A stretch of 64,000 bases of DNA from Tequatrovirus BCH953P2. The position numbers and the translations under genes are program-made. The notes beneath the pieces are model-generated. The model worked only from the letters and a program-made list of their open reading frames with translations. It made no database searches and had not been told where the DNA came from. Location of the stretch: sequence record OZ035785.1, one strand, 5' to 3'. Of the stretch, positions 47,923 through 57,382 are shown piece after piece (position 1 is the first letter of the stretch; each line of letters starts with the position of its first letter).

Positions 47923-48096
47923 CTATCCGCATAATACACCATACAGAGGCTCATTAGAGCTTCTAAATTTTATGCGCTTATATGTTATAGTTCCTTCTGC
48001 TTTAGCTTTATCATGAGACTCTTTAAAGAGTCTCATGATTTCTACTTTAGAGGAACGAATTTTATTATAATCTATTTCAGAAGTCTGGGTGTTCAT
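47923..48096 (-). CDS. Small hypothetical protein (57 aa) whose coding sequence contains a 30-bp perfect palindrome
   Basis: MNTQTSEIDYNKIRSSKVEIMRLFKESHDKAKAEG...; stop lies in stem-loop 47906-47925. Confidence 0.45.
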   Translation of the reverse strand: MNTQTSEIDYNKIRSSKVEIMRLFKESHDKAKAEGTITYKRIKFRSSNEPLYGVLCG

Positions 48097-48099
48097 CTT

Positions 48100-48306
48100 T
48101 CATAACTGCCACCATTTTTTGACTTGATAAGAATCAACCCACACTTTCATATTAGGGTCTGCTCTTACAATAGGAGGATTAACTTCTTTAATTGAACTAT
48201 CATGGTATTCTTTTTCAGAAATTTTCACACAAAGATGACCATTCAAAGATTCAGTAAATCCTGCATTAATTTTAAGACGCTTGAATTTTACGTGTGTAAG
48301 CATCAA
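48100..48306 (-). CDS. Hypothetical protein (68 aa)
   Basis: Minus-strand ORF. Confidence 0.5.
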   Translation of the reverse strand: MMLTHVKFKRLKINAGFTESLNGHLCVKISEKEYHDSSIKEVNPPIVRADPNMKVWVDSYQVKKWWQL

Positions 48307-48589
48307 TCATATCCTCAATCTGCGATCTAGTAGTCTTCCAAAGAATACTGATGAGTTCATCGTTATATGGCTGTTTTAGAATATCCCGACTTTTCTTGAT
48401 AGCATATTCGTATTGAGCAAAATTATTATTTTCAGCTGCGATCTGAGCATGCTTATAAAGACGATTCAGTTCGCGTTTGTTTTTAGACAATAACTTATTT
48501 GCTTTTCTTTCTGCTTCAAGACGGTTCTTTTCTTCAATAGAAGAAATAAGCTTTTCCACTTCATCATTAATTTCGGGTTTATCAGTCAT
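48272..48589 (-). CDS. Hypothetical protein (105 aa)
   Basis: Minus-strand ORF. Confidence 0.55.
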   Translation of the reverse strand: MTDKPEINDEVEKLISSIEEKNRLEAERKANKLLSKNKRELNRLYKHAQIAAENNNFAQYEYAIKKSRDILKQPYNDELISILWKTTRSQIEDMIDAYTRKIQAS

Positions 48590-48590
48590 A

Positions 48591-48809
48591 TTATTTCTCT
48601 AATATAAAATAAAAATCATCATCTGTTAAATGATACCGATAGTTTAATTCTACACCATTAGATTTAAAAGCGGTATCATACGGATTTTCTGGATCAATAT
48701 CAATGTCAAGAGCTAAAACTTCCCTGAGATACATTTTAAGTAAATAGGGAATAGCTTCAACTTCAGGTATTTCTTCCAAGAATCCGGAGAGGTTAATCGT
48801 TAGCCTCAT
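48591..48809 (-). CDS. Hypothetical protein (72 aa)
   Basis: Minus-strand ORF directly downstream of gene 55. Confidence 0.55.
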
Positions 48810-49350
48810 ATAAAAAATCCAAACTAGGAGAATCGTCTACAACACTTTTCTTTTCAGCCCCCGGTGTTCTATAGGTTGATTCTTCGTAATGCGTCATTTT
48901 ATCGTAGATGTCTTGAATAAAAGTTTCATCTACTAACGCAACCATATCGTCGTCACGACTGTCATAGACATTGTGAACGAAGTAACTATATTTCTTTGCA
49001 ACTTCCTTACGTTCTTTTTTAATACGTTGGACGAATGCATTAAAACAAGCTTGAGTTATATACGCATGTGGGTTTTTATATTTCGTTTCATCAAAATTAT
49101 GAAGCCCCTTAATAGAAGCTTCTATACCATCTGCAATCATTTCTTGTTTCCAAGACTGGGTGTATCCTGAAAAGTTGAAACGTTTAGATAAGCCTTCTGC
49201 AATAAGCATAATGGCTAATCCGATAGTATCATTCTGACGAACTACTTTATTTGGGTCTTTATTATTTGCTAATTCTGTTTTCCAATCAATAATAGCTTGT
49301 AAAAGCTCTTTATTGTTTACGTAATTATATTTAGGCTTAGTTTCTGACAT
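48793..49350 (-). CDS. 55: gp55 late-transcription sigma factor
   Basis: 185 aa from [24 protein letters not shown]... (T4 gp55 is 185 aa). Confidence 0.9.
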
Positions 49351-49432
49351 TTTCACCTCTTAGCTCAATTCATAGATCTATTATATCATAATATTTGAAG
49401 ATCTATCTTAAAGCATAGAGGATGAATCAATT

Positions 49433-49648
49433 TCAAGAATTCATCAGCTTAGCCGCTTCAAGAGCTGCATCTAGTGAATCAAATTGGTCAACATATTCAA
49501 TCAATTCGCCGTAATTGGCATATAACCACCATTGGCTAAATTCATACTCAAGGATGAATCCATTTCCTTCAATTTGAGTTAAACCAATGCCATTTGTATT
49601 TACTTCATATCCGGCAAGACGCAAATCGTTAATAAGAGCTTCGTTCAT
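49433..49648 (-). CDS. Hypothetical protein (71 aa)
   Basis: Acidic small ORF. Confidence 0.5.
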   Translation of the reverse strand: MNEALINDLRLAGYEVNTNGIGLTQIEGNGFILEYEFSQWWLYANYGELIEYVDQFDSLDAALEAAKLMNS

Positions 49649-49650
49649 AA

Positions 49651-49977
49651 TTATACCTTAGTAATTTTCAGGTCTGCAAATTTTTTCTTGCGTTGATTTT
49701 TCATACGACGAATAGTTTTATCGGAAATTTCATGCTTTTGATAAGCTTTAGATTCTACACCAAAAGCTTTAACATCAAATTCTGACAGGATATATTGAAC
49801 CAACAATTCACGGATAGTATTGCGTCCAATTTTCTGATCATTCTGTTTCATCGTCTGATGAAGCTCTTTTTCCCATTTATCCAAAATTTGAGGAGTTACA
49901 ATATCGCCTTTTTCTAGCAAAGAAACTACTTTATCATATGCGTAAGAATTGATGGCGTTTTTAATTTGAATAGTCAT
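49651..49977 (-). CDS. Hypothetical protein (108 aa)
   Basis: Minus-strand ORF. Confidence 0.55.
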   Translation of the reverse strand: MTIQIKNAINSYAYDKVVSLLEKGDIVTPQILDKWEKELHQTMKQNDQKIGRNTIRELLVQYILSEFDVKAFGVESKAYQKHEISDKTIRRMKNQRKKKFADLKITKV

Positions 49978-50029
49978 ACATTATCCTCAATTACGTTAAA
50001 ATTTTATTATCCAAAAAGGGCCGAAGCCC

Positions 50030-50230
50030 TTAGCTAAACTTTTTGGCACCCTTCCAGCCTTCATACATCATTGCGGCTGATATTAATATTGCTCCTGAGC
50101 AACTTGAATATTTGTGATTCCAAAACCAGTTTAGAAAAACTTCATCATCAATACCTTGGGCTATCATATTTTCAAAGAACTGACGACGAGCTTCGGCAAT
50201 TCGCTGCGATAATTTAGATTCAGGATTCAT
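50030..50230 (-). CDS. Hypothetical protein (66 aa)
   Basis: Minus-strand ORF; stem-loop overlaps its 3' end. Confidence 0.5.
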   Translation of the reverse strand: MNPESKLSQRIAEARRQFFENMIAQGIDDEVFLNWFWNHKYSSCSGAILISAAMMYEGWKGAKKFS

Positions 50231-50362
50231 TTAAATTTTCCAATTACCGTTTTCATCAATGAATTTAATCCAGTCATTTACTGACCACTTAGTTGTATCA
50301 CCTTTTGGAGTAACATTTAAAGTGTATAACCCCTGCTTAAAAAGCATTCGTTTGATATTCAT
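50231..50362 (-). CDS. Small hypothetical protein (43 aa)
   Basis: Trimmed to MNIKRMLFKQ... with RBS GAGGAAAA. Confidence 0.4.
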   Translation of the reverse strand: MNIKRMLFKQGLYTLNVTPKGDTTKWSVNDWIKFIDENGNWKI

Positions 50363-50369
50363 ATTTTCC

Positions 50370-50663
50370 TCAGCTGTAACGATAACACTCGTTTGATTTA
50401 CGTTTAGCAACTCGTTGAGAAGTATTATAATCAAAATCATCGTCAATGTAAACTGATTTTTTCAACTTTCTTACTTCACCGCGTAATTGACGATTTAACT
50501 CATCTTTAACTTCTGAATCAATACCTTTCATTCTACGCCATTTATCTGAGCGAAAAATGTTTTCAACCATATCTTTATGACTTACACCGTCTGGAGCTTT
50601 ACGCTTTCCGAAATAGTCATAATCACGCACTTTTAAGTCTTTACGACGATACGTTTTACCCAT
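50370..50663 (-). CDS. Hypothetical basic protein (97 aa)
   Basis: Trimmed to MGKTYRRKDLK...; Arg/Lys-rich. Confidence 0.5.
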   Translation of the reverse strand: MGKTYRRKDLKVRDYDYFGKRKAPDGVSHKDMVENIFRSDKWRRMKGIDSEVKDELNRQLRGEVRKLKKSVYIDDDFDYNTSQRVAKRKSNECYRYS

Positions 50664-50838
50664 GGAGTTTAATTTCCTTAGCAACTGAACTAAATACAGC
50701 ACGATCACAAATCATACGTTTATGTAACTTGAGTATAAGATAGTAAACATCAAAACCATTTACATAAGTAACACGAACAACATTACCATTAATAAAATAA
50801 TACTGTCCCTTTTTAATTTCTTTATCAACCACAACCAT
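50656..50838 (-). CDS. Hypothetical protein (60 aa)
   Basis: Early promoter and RBS upstream. Confidence 0.5.
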   Translation of the reverse strand: MVVVDKEIKKGQYYFINGNVVRVTYVNGFDVYYLILKLHKRMICDRAVFSSVAKEIKLHG

Positions 50839-50866
50839 ATCAATTCCTCAAAGGTAATTCATATGT

Positions 50867-50898
50867 TAATAATACCACAGTTTGAGCTCGTTGTAAAC
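50867..50898 (-). promoter_or_regulatory. T4 early promoter
   Basis: GTTTAC ... TGTGGTATTATTAAC on minus strand. Confidence 0.6.
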
Positions 50899-50970
50899 AA
50901 CTTTGTGAAAAATATTTTAGGGAATGATAAGAAAGGAACGATAGCTTAGAATGGTAATATACAGAATGTG

Positions 50971-50993
50971 AGAAAGAAAGGCCCAGAGGGCCC
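50971..50993 (-). terminator. Stem-loop / probable terminator downstream of nrdH
   Basis: GGGCCCTCTGGGCC followed on minus strand by TTTCTTTCT. Confidence 0.45.
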
Positions 50994-50996
50994 GTC

Positions 50997-51305
50997 TTAA
51001 TCTTCTATGATATCTCTATCATATCCAAGTGAAATGAGAGTTTCTTTGAAGTGTTTAATGTTCTTTTGTCTAGAATCATTAATGAAAATGACTGGATAAC
51101 GAATGTTAAGAGATGTGAATCCAGCGCGTTTAGCAAGAGATACAATCAGTGGACGATCATACTCAATCTTACCATTATTTGTAAGAACTTTATAGAAAGT
51201 AAAAGGAGCATTGAGCTCCTTTAGAAGTTTTGTAACTGATTGACATCCAGGACAACGACCTACTTCATCTGGAATTCCATAGACTTCAATCTTATTTTGT
51301 TTCAC
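50997..51305 (-). CDS. nrdH: NrdH glutaredoxin-like protein
   Basis: 102 aa with redox motif CPGC near N-terminus. Confidence 0.7.
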   Translation of the reverse strand: MKQNKIEVYGIPDEVGRCPGCQSVTKLLKELNAPFTFYKVLTNNGKIEYDRPLIVSLAKRAGFTSLNIRYPVIFINDSRQKNIKHFKETLISLGYDRDIIED

Positions 51306-51307
51306 AA

Positions 51308-51520
51308 CTATTCCTTACTAAGAGCAGCATTCAACTTATTAGTAATTTTATCCAGACGCTCATTAAACTCACTAGAAGATAAGCCCTTTTCTGGAGAAAT
51401 TAAACTAATCACGAAAAATATAGCAATAAAAGGAATAAGGAAAATAGCTCCAACTGCCATAAACAGAAAGAATGTTACAGTTGTAAGAAAATCAGCTAAA
51501 CCTTTACGAAATTTATACAT
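51308..51520 (-). CDS. Small membrane protein (70 aa)
   Basis: Central hydrophobic segment FFLFMAVGAIFLIPFIAIFFVISLI. Confidence 0.5.
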   Translation of the reverse strand: MYKFRKGLADFLTTVTFFLFMAVGAIFLIPFIAIFFVISLISPEKGLSSSEFNERLDKITNKLNAALSKE

Positions 51521-51532
51521 TTACCTTTACCT

Positions 51533-51646
51533 TTAATTGATTAACCAAGCATTGATAAGCACTAAACTATATTGGGAATAAAATTCTGGACCAAAATGAA
51601 AAATCATATCATTTATAGTATCCATAATGTAATTCAATTTAATCAT
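51533..51646 (-). CDS. Small hypothetical protein (37 aa)
   Basis: Trimmed from the 74-aa ORF-track call, which overlaps nrdG by 119 nt. Confidence 0.3.
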   Translation of the reverse strand: MIKLNYIMDTINDMIFHFGPEFYSQYSLVLINAWLIN

Positions 51647-52109
51647 GTTTCCACACCCCATCGGTATTTGACCAAAGTCGCTGATTATCTGATCCTCGCC
51701 ACAGCTTTTTAGTCGGAAGATTTTTCTCATACTTCCCATCAATAATAACATCAACATATTTAAGCATTTCTAGTTGTTTAATATCTTCAAACTTATATCC
51801 TGTCCACAACCAAATGCTTTTATTGGGATAAAGATTTTTTACTGTTTGAACAATGCAATGAATAACATCCCGGTTATCAGGATAGAGAGGGTCACCTCCG
51901 GTTATAGTCAATCCTTCTATATAATCATTATTCAAACATTCAATTAATTGTTCTAGTGTTTCACCAGTGAATGGAATACCATTTCTAACATTCCATGTTG
52001 ATTTATTATAACACCCTTCGCATTTATGCAAACAACCTGTAACGAAAAGAACGGTCCTGCAGCCAGGGCCATTCACAAAATCACAGGGATAAAATCTATC
52101 GTAATTCAT
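51639..52109 (-). CDS. nrdG: NrdG anaerobic ribonucleotide reductase activating enzyme (radical SAM)
   Basis: 156 aa (T4 NrdG is 156 aa); Cys cluster CLHKCEGC. Confidence 0.9.
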   Translation of the reverse strand: MNYDRFYPCDFVNGPGCRTVLFVTGCLHKCEGCYNKSTWNVRNGIPFTGETLEQLIECLNNDYIEGLTITGGDPLYPDNRDVIHCIVQTVKNLYPNKSIWLWTGYKFEDIKQLEMLKYVDVIIDGKYEKNLPTKKLWRGSDNQRLWSNTDGVWKHD

Positions 52110-53923
52110 TGATGCTTAACCCTATGCATGATTTCTTTATTTTTACCGAGATTAAATCCGCGTTCGTTCGGGTTTCCAAGATATCCGCATGTTCTTCTTA
52201 TTGTGTTCATCTTTTTAGGATCAGTTTCTCCACAAATAGAACAAACAAATCCGTTTTCAGTAGGAGTCATTTCATGGGTACTTCCGCATGTAAAACATTT
52301 ATCTACTGGCATGTTAACACCAAAATAATCTAAATGTTGTGCAGCATAATCCCATACGGCCTCAAGACCTTTTAAGTTATTTTTCATATCAGGAAGTTCA
52401 ACATAAGAAATGTGACCACCTGTCGCAATGAAATGATACGGCGCTTCACGAGAAATCTTTTCAAACGGAGTAATATTTTCTTCTACTGAAACGTGGAAAC
52501 TGTTAGTGTACCAGCCTTTATCGGTAACATCTTTTACGCTTCCATATTTTTCTGTATCGAGTTTACAGAAGCGATAACAAAGGTTTTCAGCAGGAGTAGA
52601 ATATAAACTAAAAGCAAATCCGGTTCTTTCAGTCCACTGTTTAAGATGAGCATTCATTTTAGTTAAAATTTCTCGTCCAATATCACGACCGACAAGAATA
52701 TTCAATTCGTGAATACCAATGTATCCTAGGGACACTGAACTTCTACCGTTTTTAAATAACTCAATTATGTCGTCATCAGGTTTAAGACGAACCCCGAATG
52801 CACCTTCTTGGTAAAGAATAGGAGCAACAGTAGCTTTAACTCCTTTTAAGGAACTAATTCTACACATCAAAGCTTCAAAACACAAATCCATTCGTTCATT
52901 GAATAATTCAACAAATTTCTGTTCATTGAACTGTGTTCCAATATAAGAATCTAACGCGATGCGAGGAAGATTCAATGTTACAACACCAAGATTATTACGT
53001 CCATCAAGAATTTCATTACCAGTCGAATCTTTCCATACGCTCAAGAAACTACGGCAACCCATTGGAGAAACAGGAACAGATGAACCAGTGATAGCTTTAT
53101 TGTTCTTAGCTGAAATAATATCAGGATACATCCTTTTGCTTGCACACTCTAGAGCAAGCTGCTTAATATCATAGTTCGGATCGTCTTTGTAAAGATTAAC
53201 GCCTTCTTCGACGAACATAACAAGCTTAGGGAAAATAGGAGTTATCCCATCACGACCAAGACCTTTAATACGATTTTTCAGAATTGCTTTCTGAATCATT
53301 CGTTCAGTCCAGTCAGTTCCCGTACCAAATGTAATTGTTACAAAAGGTGTTTGCCCGTTTGAACTAAAGAGAGTATTTACTTCATATTCATAAGCTTGGA
53401 ATGCATCGTATACGTCTTTTTCTGTTTTAGATTGAGCATAATTCAACGCATCAGCGATTTGCCATTTTTCTGCATCTTCAATATGTTTTGCATAGGTGCG
53501 TTTAACATAAGGAGAAAGTACTTTATCTACATTCGCAAAAGTCGTTCCGCCATATTGATGGGAAGCAACCTGTGCAGTAATTTGTGCCATAATTGCAGTA
53601 GCAACACCGATTGATTTAGGAGTTTCAATCTGTGCATTACCGAGCTTAAATCCGTTCTCAAGCATTCCTTTTAAATCTACTAAACAACAATTAGTAAAAG
53701 GCAATGATATACTGTAATCTAAATCATGAAAATGAATTAACCCGGCATTATGAGCATTTACAATATGACTTGGAAGAATACTGCAAGCGATATGTTTAGA
53801 AACAATACCGGCCATTAAATCTCTTTTTGTTGGAAAGACACGAGAATCTTTGTTGGCGTTTTCGGTATTTAATTCTTTATCTTTATTTGAAATAAAATTT
53901 AAAACATCTTTCTCTAAAGACAT
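52106..53923 (-). CDS. nrdD: NrdD anaerobic ribonucleoside-triphosphate reductase, uninterrupted
   Basis: 605 aa in one frame; C-terminal glycyl-radical motif RRTCGYLG and Cys zinc site CFTCGS...CSIC. Confidence 0.9.
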   Translation of the reverse strand: MSLEKDVLNFISNKDKELNTENANKDSRVFPTKRDLMAGIVSKHIACSILPSHIVNAHNAGLIHFHDLDYSISLPFTNCCLVDLKGMLENGFKLGNAQIETPKSIGVATAIMAQITAQVASHQYGGTTFANVDKVLSPYVKRTYAKHIEDAEKWQIADALNYAQSKTEKDVYDAFQAYEYEVNTLFSSNGQTPFVTITFGTGTDWTERMIQKAILKNRIKGLGRDGITPIFPKLVMFVEEGVNLYKDDPNYDIKQLALECASKRMYPDIISAKNNKAITGSSVPVSPMGCRSFLSVWKDSTGNEILDGRNNLGVVTLNLPRIALDSYIGTQFNEQKFVELFNERMDLCFEALMCRISSLKGVKATVAPILYQEGAFGVRLKPDDDIIELFKNGRSSVSLGYIGIHELNILVGRDIGREILTKMNAHLKQWTERTGFAFSLYSTPAENLCYRFCKLDTEKYGSVKDVTDKGWYTNSFHVSVEENITPFEKISREAPYHFIATGGHISYVELPDMKNNLKGLEAVWDYAAQHLDYFGVNMPVDKCFTCGSTHEMTPTENGFVCSICGETDPKKMNTIRRTCGYLGNPNERGFNLGKNKEIMHRVKHQ

Positions 53924-54735
53924 AATTCTAATTTATCCTTTTGAAATTCTTCGTCTAAATATGGGTTCCAACCCATTTTAAACCTTTTGATGAAATTATC
54001 AATTCTAAATTTCGGTAAGTTTAAATCCGCAAAAATAGATGATTTACTTTTAAAATCTGGACCTAAATAATCATATAAAATTTCTGCGTATTTTAACCAT
54101 AATATATAAGTACCAGATTTAATTGCTCTCGGAGTTTTCCAAGGTTTTACACCATACATCGGATTTCCACTTCCTTTATGCCTGATAGAAGATGAAATTC
54201 CAATTTTAATTTTAGCTTCCTCTGTATGCGAAAATCCATGATGTGGATTTTCTTTCCAATATTTTTTAGAAGCTTCTGATATTTTCTTTCTGGCTAAATT
54301 AGTATGATGCTTTCCATAAAATCCATGATTTTTACCTTTATTACGATTTCTTTTAATCATGGTTATTGATTGCTTTTTTCTAGTTTCTTTAGAAGGAGAA
54401 ACACCGTACGTTGTAAATTGACCATCAGCATATGCTAAATTAAAATACTCTTTATTCCATATATCTTTTTCTATATTCTTTTGAAATTCAGCTTCAATGC
54501 TAGTTATTTGCTCATCTCCGACTAATTGAAAATATAATATTTCAACTTTCGGCGTTTCTTTCAACAGGGCTTTTTGAAATTCGGAAGATGACGAAGACGA
54601 ATAATAAAATTTACCATTTTTATCAATAATATTCGTTCCGTCAAAAGCGCAATTAGTTTTACTTCCAATGTAATAATATGGCGGGGTTTTAGCATTAATT
54701 CTATTAATAAATGATAGTTTATATACTACATTCAT
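53914..54735 (-). CDS. Free-standing GIY-YIG-type homing endonuclease
   Basis: 273 aa; VYKLSFINRINAKTPPYYYIGS then repeated GK-x-H DNA-binding motifs (GKNHGFYGKHH, GSGNPMYG); overlaps nrdD stop by 10 nt. Confidence 0.6.
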   Translation of the reverse strand: MNVVYKLSFINRINAKTPPYYYIGSKTNCAFDGTNIIDKNGKFYYSSSSSSEFQKALLKETPKVEILYFQLVGDEQITSIEAEFQKNIEKDIWNKEYFNLAYADGQFTTYGVSPSKETRKKQSITMIKRNRNKGKNHGFYGKHHTNLARKKISEASKKYWKENPHHGFSHTEEAKIKIGISSSIRHKGSGNPMYGVKPWKTPRAIKSGTYILWLKYAEILYDYLGPDFKSKSSIFADLNLPKFRIDNFIKRFKMGWNPYLDEEFQKDKLELCL

Positions 54736-55205
54736 TTTAAACTCTTTCTAAGCTGCTTCTTAAATGAAGCTATTAATTGTGTTTTGGTGTCAGATTCATT
54801 ATATTCAAATCCTCTTTGAAGCATCTCAGCCATCATTTCCTCTTTTCCTAAACGAGAAAATTCCTTTGATTTATCTCCAACGAAGTTAGGGTGAATATTA
54901 TTTTGGGTGTAATCGGATTTTAAATAAGTAAGTAAATTTTCTAACCATTCAAGATAATCAACACCTTGTCCCTTTAAGCCAGAACGATTAAATTTATGCT
55001 TCATTTGACCTTCTGCGGCATTGCAGAGATTACAAAGCAATCCACGTACCTTTCCTGCTTTTGGTCCATTTAATTCATGGTCATGGTCAAGGTGATTAGC
55101 TTGAACGTCAGGATTTAGTTCTCGTTGGCAAATTAAGCATTTACCATTTTGTGCATCATAAAATTTCTGTTTTTCTTCTTTATATAATTTGCCAGTCAAT
55201 AACAT
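54732..55205 (-). CDS. 49: gp49 endonuclease VII (Holliday junction resolvase)
   Basis: 157 aa (T4 EndoVII is 157 aa); Cys and His-rich motif HLDHDH. Confidence 0.85.
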   Translation of the reverse strand: MLLTGKLYKEEKQKFYDAQNGKCLICQRELNPDVQANHLDHDHELNGPKAGKVRGLLCNLCNAAEGQMKHKFNRSGLKGQGVDYLEWLENLLTYLKSDYTQNNIHPNFVGDKSKEFSRLGKEEMMAEMLQRGFEYNESDTKTQLIASFKKQLRKSLK

Positions 55206-55247
55206 AATAAAACCCTTACCTTAAATAGATAAGGGTATTTATTATTT

Positions 55248-55733
55248 TCAAGTATTGTAAAACATTTGATTCAATCGCTTATATTGCCGAATCTTTTGGT
55301 CAGAAAAAGAAATTTGGGTTTCAAGCCATTCAATATATTCTGCCGCAGCTTGCATCAAATTTCCTTCATAGCCATCGTTATTTTCTTGTGCAGCTAATTT
55401 AGCTAATGCGTATGAAATACGTTCACCTTGAAAATCGGCTTTAGGTATTTGAACATCTTGACTAGTTCTCTCTACAACTTCTTCAATTTCGCCATTTTCA
55501 ACGGATTCAGTATTCCATAAGCACCAATACGTAATTGGCTTATCGTAGATGTTAATAATCTTTCCATCAGAAAGTTCAATTTCAATAATTCCAGTATCAG
55601 GTTCTATATCATCTTCGCATTCTTTTGCAAGTTCACGAACTTTAAAGACAGTACCTGCACTAAGTTCCGGCCAGTAATTACATAGCCCTGTATCAGCACG
55701 ATTAATTCTAAACCACTTATCTACTGTAATCAT
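55248..55733 (-). CDS. pin: Pin-like protein (161 aa)
   Basis: Trimmed to MITVDKWFRINR..., giving 161 aa as T4 Pin; identity from size and position only. Confidence 0.45.
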   Translation of the reverse strand: MITVDKWFRINRADTGLCNYWPELSAGTVFKVRELAKECEDDIEPDTGIIEIELSDGKIINIYDKPITYWCLWNTESVENGEIEEVVERTSQDVQIPKADFQGERISYALAKLAAQENNDGYEGNLMQAAAEYIEWLETQISFSDQKIRQYKRLNQMFYNT

Positions 55734-55872
55734 GTCCCATCTCCATATCAATTAAGTTATTTATCGTTGGTTCATTATATACTGTTTCTTCATCAGTGTA
55801 AACCGGTTCTTCCGGCTCTGGCTCTACAGTTTCCCATCTAGCCGCCCACCAAGGTTTTATAGCGTAATCCAT
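55730..55872 (-). CDS. Small acidic protein (47 aa)
   Basis: MDYAIKPWWAARWETVEPEPEEPVYTDEE...; ATGA overlap with pin-like start. Confidence 0.4.
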
Positions 55873-56177
55873 TCTCGTACTGTCTGAGTTACTACACGTT
55901 CTCGAAGCTCAACCAGTTCAACGGTAGGAACTGCATAATACCAGTCAGAATGGTAAGAACCTGAGCGAGATTCATTTACGGAAACATATACGTAGTGTTT
56001 TGGGCTAAAGTAAATTACTCGACGATATTGGCATTTGCCTTGTTGAGTCCATTCTTCGGATTCAATCTGAATAAGATAGTCGGAAAAATCGAAATCATAG
56101 TTTTCCGAAAATGCATCATGGTCTTCGATGATTTCGCTCAGAACTGCATCAACATCTAATTTATTTTCAATAGTCAT
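55857..56177 (-). CDS. Hypothetical protein (106 aa)
   Basis: Acidic ORF. Confidence 0.55.
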   Translation of the reverse strand: MTIENKLDVDAVLSEIIEDHDAFSENYDFDFSDYLIQIESEEWTQQGKCQYRRVIYFSPKHYVYVSVNESRSGSYHSDWYYAVPTVELVELRERVVTQTVREWITL

Positions 56178-56188
56178 TTTTTCACCAA

Positions 56189-56359
56189 TTAATTTCGCAA
56201 TTTATTAAGTTCTTCATAATCAATCCAGGATTCTAATCCTGATGGCAAATCAGATTCAATTTCCCAAAGAAGTTCTTCAATTTTATGAAGACGATCTAAT
56301 TCTTCAGCTGGAATAGTAACCATTGATGGAGTTCTTGATACACTAATATCGTAAATCAT
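56189..56359 (-). CDS. Hypothetical protein (56 aa)
   Basis: Trimmed to MIYDISVSR... Confidence 0.45.
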   Translation of the reverse strand: MIYDISVSRTPSMVTIPAEELDRLHKIEELLWEIESDLPSGLESWIDYEELNKLRN

Positions 56360-56361
56360 AT

Positions 56362-56577
56362 TTACCCCAGCTTGACCATGCAATCACCGTATTTCCACTT
56401 AGAAATAGACTTTTCACCATTAGAATAATAAACTTCGAGTTTAGCACGATTATTTTTAATTTGAATAACCTTGGCTGTCATCAAAGTTCCATACCCATAG
56501 TAAACTGCAACTTCATCACCTACATATACCGCGCTTCCGCGGTAGTCATGGATATAATCAGTTCCTTCGAGAATCAT
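56362..56577 (-). CDS. Hypothetical protein (71 aa)
   Basis: 4-nt overlap with nrdC stop. Confidence 0.5.
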   Translation of the reverse strand: MILEGTDYIHDYRGSAVYVGDEVAVYYGYGTLMTAKVIQIKNNRAKLEVYYSNGEKSISKWKYGDCMVKLG

Positions 56578-56837
56578 TTAAAGTATTCCCGCAATTGGTC
56601 AAATCCACCAATATGACTTCCATCAGGAGCAAATACCTGAGGCATCGTCAATCCGATTTGAGTATCACGACCTAGTTTAGTCAGAAGCTCAGCGATTTTC
56701 TCATCATCAAAAACACCTTTTTCCGGCATAATGTTGATAAATTCAAACGGCTGTTTCTTCACGGTCAAAAGACGTTTTGCATTATCGCAGTACACACATT
56801 TGTGGATGTTGCTATCATAACCATATACTTTAAACAT
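56574..56837 (-). CDS. nrdC: NrdC thioredoxin
   Basis: 87 aa (T4 NrdC is 87 aa) with CVYC active site. Confidence 0.85.
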   Translation of the reverse strand: MFKVYGYDSNIHKCVYCDNAKRLLTVKKQPFEFINIMPEKGVFDDEKIAELLTKLGRDTQIGLTMPQVFAPDGSHIGGFDQLREYFK

Positions 56838-56838
56838 A

Positions 56839-57096
56839 TTATTCCTTAATTCCTAGTACTTGTTTAAAAGTCTCGTCGTAATCAAGACTTTGGCCCGTTT
56901 GTTCTTTATGTTTGTATATAATATCACTTACTTCTGATAGCATATTTTTATATGAACGAGTTAAAGCAGATTTAAGCACGCTGTATCTATCAGGAAATTT
57001 ACCATGTTCATAATAATAAGCTATTGCTAATTCGCGGACTGCCATTTCAGCAGTCTTCATATATTCTTTACGCTTTGTCATTTTCTTCTCGGTCAA
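56839..57096 (-). CDS. Hypothetical protein (85 aa or shorter)
   Basis: Minus-strand ORF; start uncertain. Confidence 0.5.
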   Translation of the reverse strand: MTEKKMTKRKEYMKTAEMAVRELAIAYYYEHGKFPDRYSVLKSALTRSYKNMLSEVSDIIYKHKEQTGQSLDYDETFKQVLGIKE

Positions 57097-57382
57097 ATCG
57101 GTGTTTACAATGACGACATTTATAACGAAGATTACTAGTCTGCCAATGAACTAATTGTACCTGTTCAGTACCACACTCAGGACAATTAGGAACGTTTTTA
57201 GAAGCCCTTTCACGACGTTCAACCATGACCATTACAGAATCCCAATTAACAGGAGGGCTATAATCATCACAACCATGAATCTTTCCACGCATTTCCAGAT
57301 CGTCTTCTTCACCAGCCATAATAATTTTAATTAGACTAGAATTACTTGAAGCTGCAATGTCTTCTAATAGACGCTTTTTCAT
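57068..57382 (-). CDS. Zinc-ribbon protein (104 aa)
   Basis: CPECGTEQ...CRHCKH four-Cys arrangement. Confidence 0.55.
   Translation of the reverse strand: MKKRLLEDIAASSNSSLIKIIMAGEEDDLEMRGKIHGCDDYSPPVNWDSVMVMVERRERASKNVPNCPECGTEQVQLVHWQTSNLRYKCRHCKHRFDREENDKA

Noticed and set aside
51533-51757. 74-aa minus-strand ORF overlapping nrdG by 119 nt
   Set aside because: Overlap with a radical-SAM gene is implausible; only the non-overlapping 37-aa portion is kept, at low confidence.
52106-53923. Group I intron in nrdD
   Set aside because: Looked for because T4 nrdD is interrupted; the frame here is uninterrupted across the whole gene.
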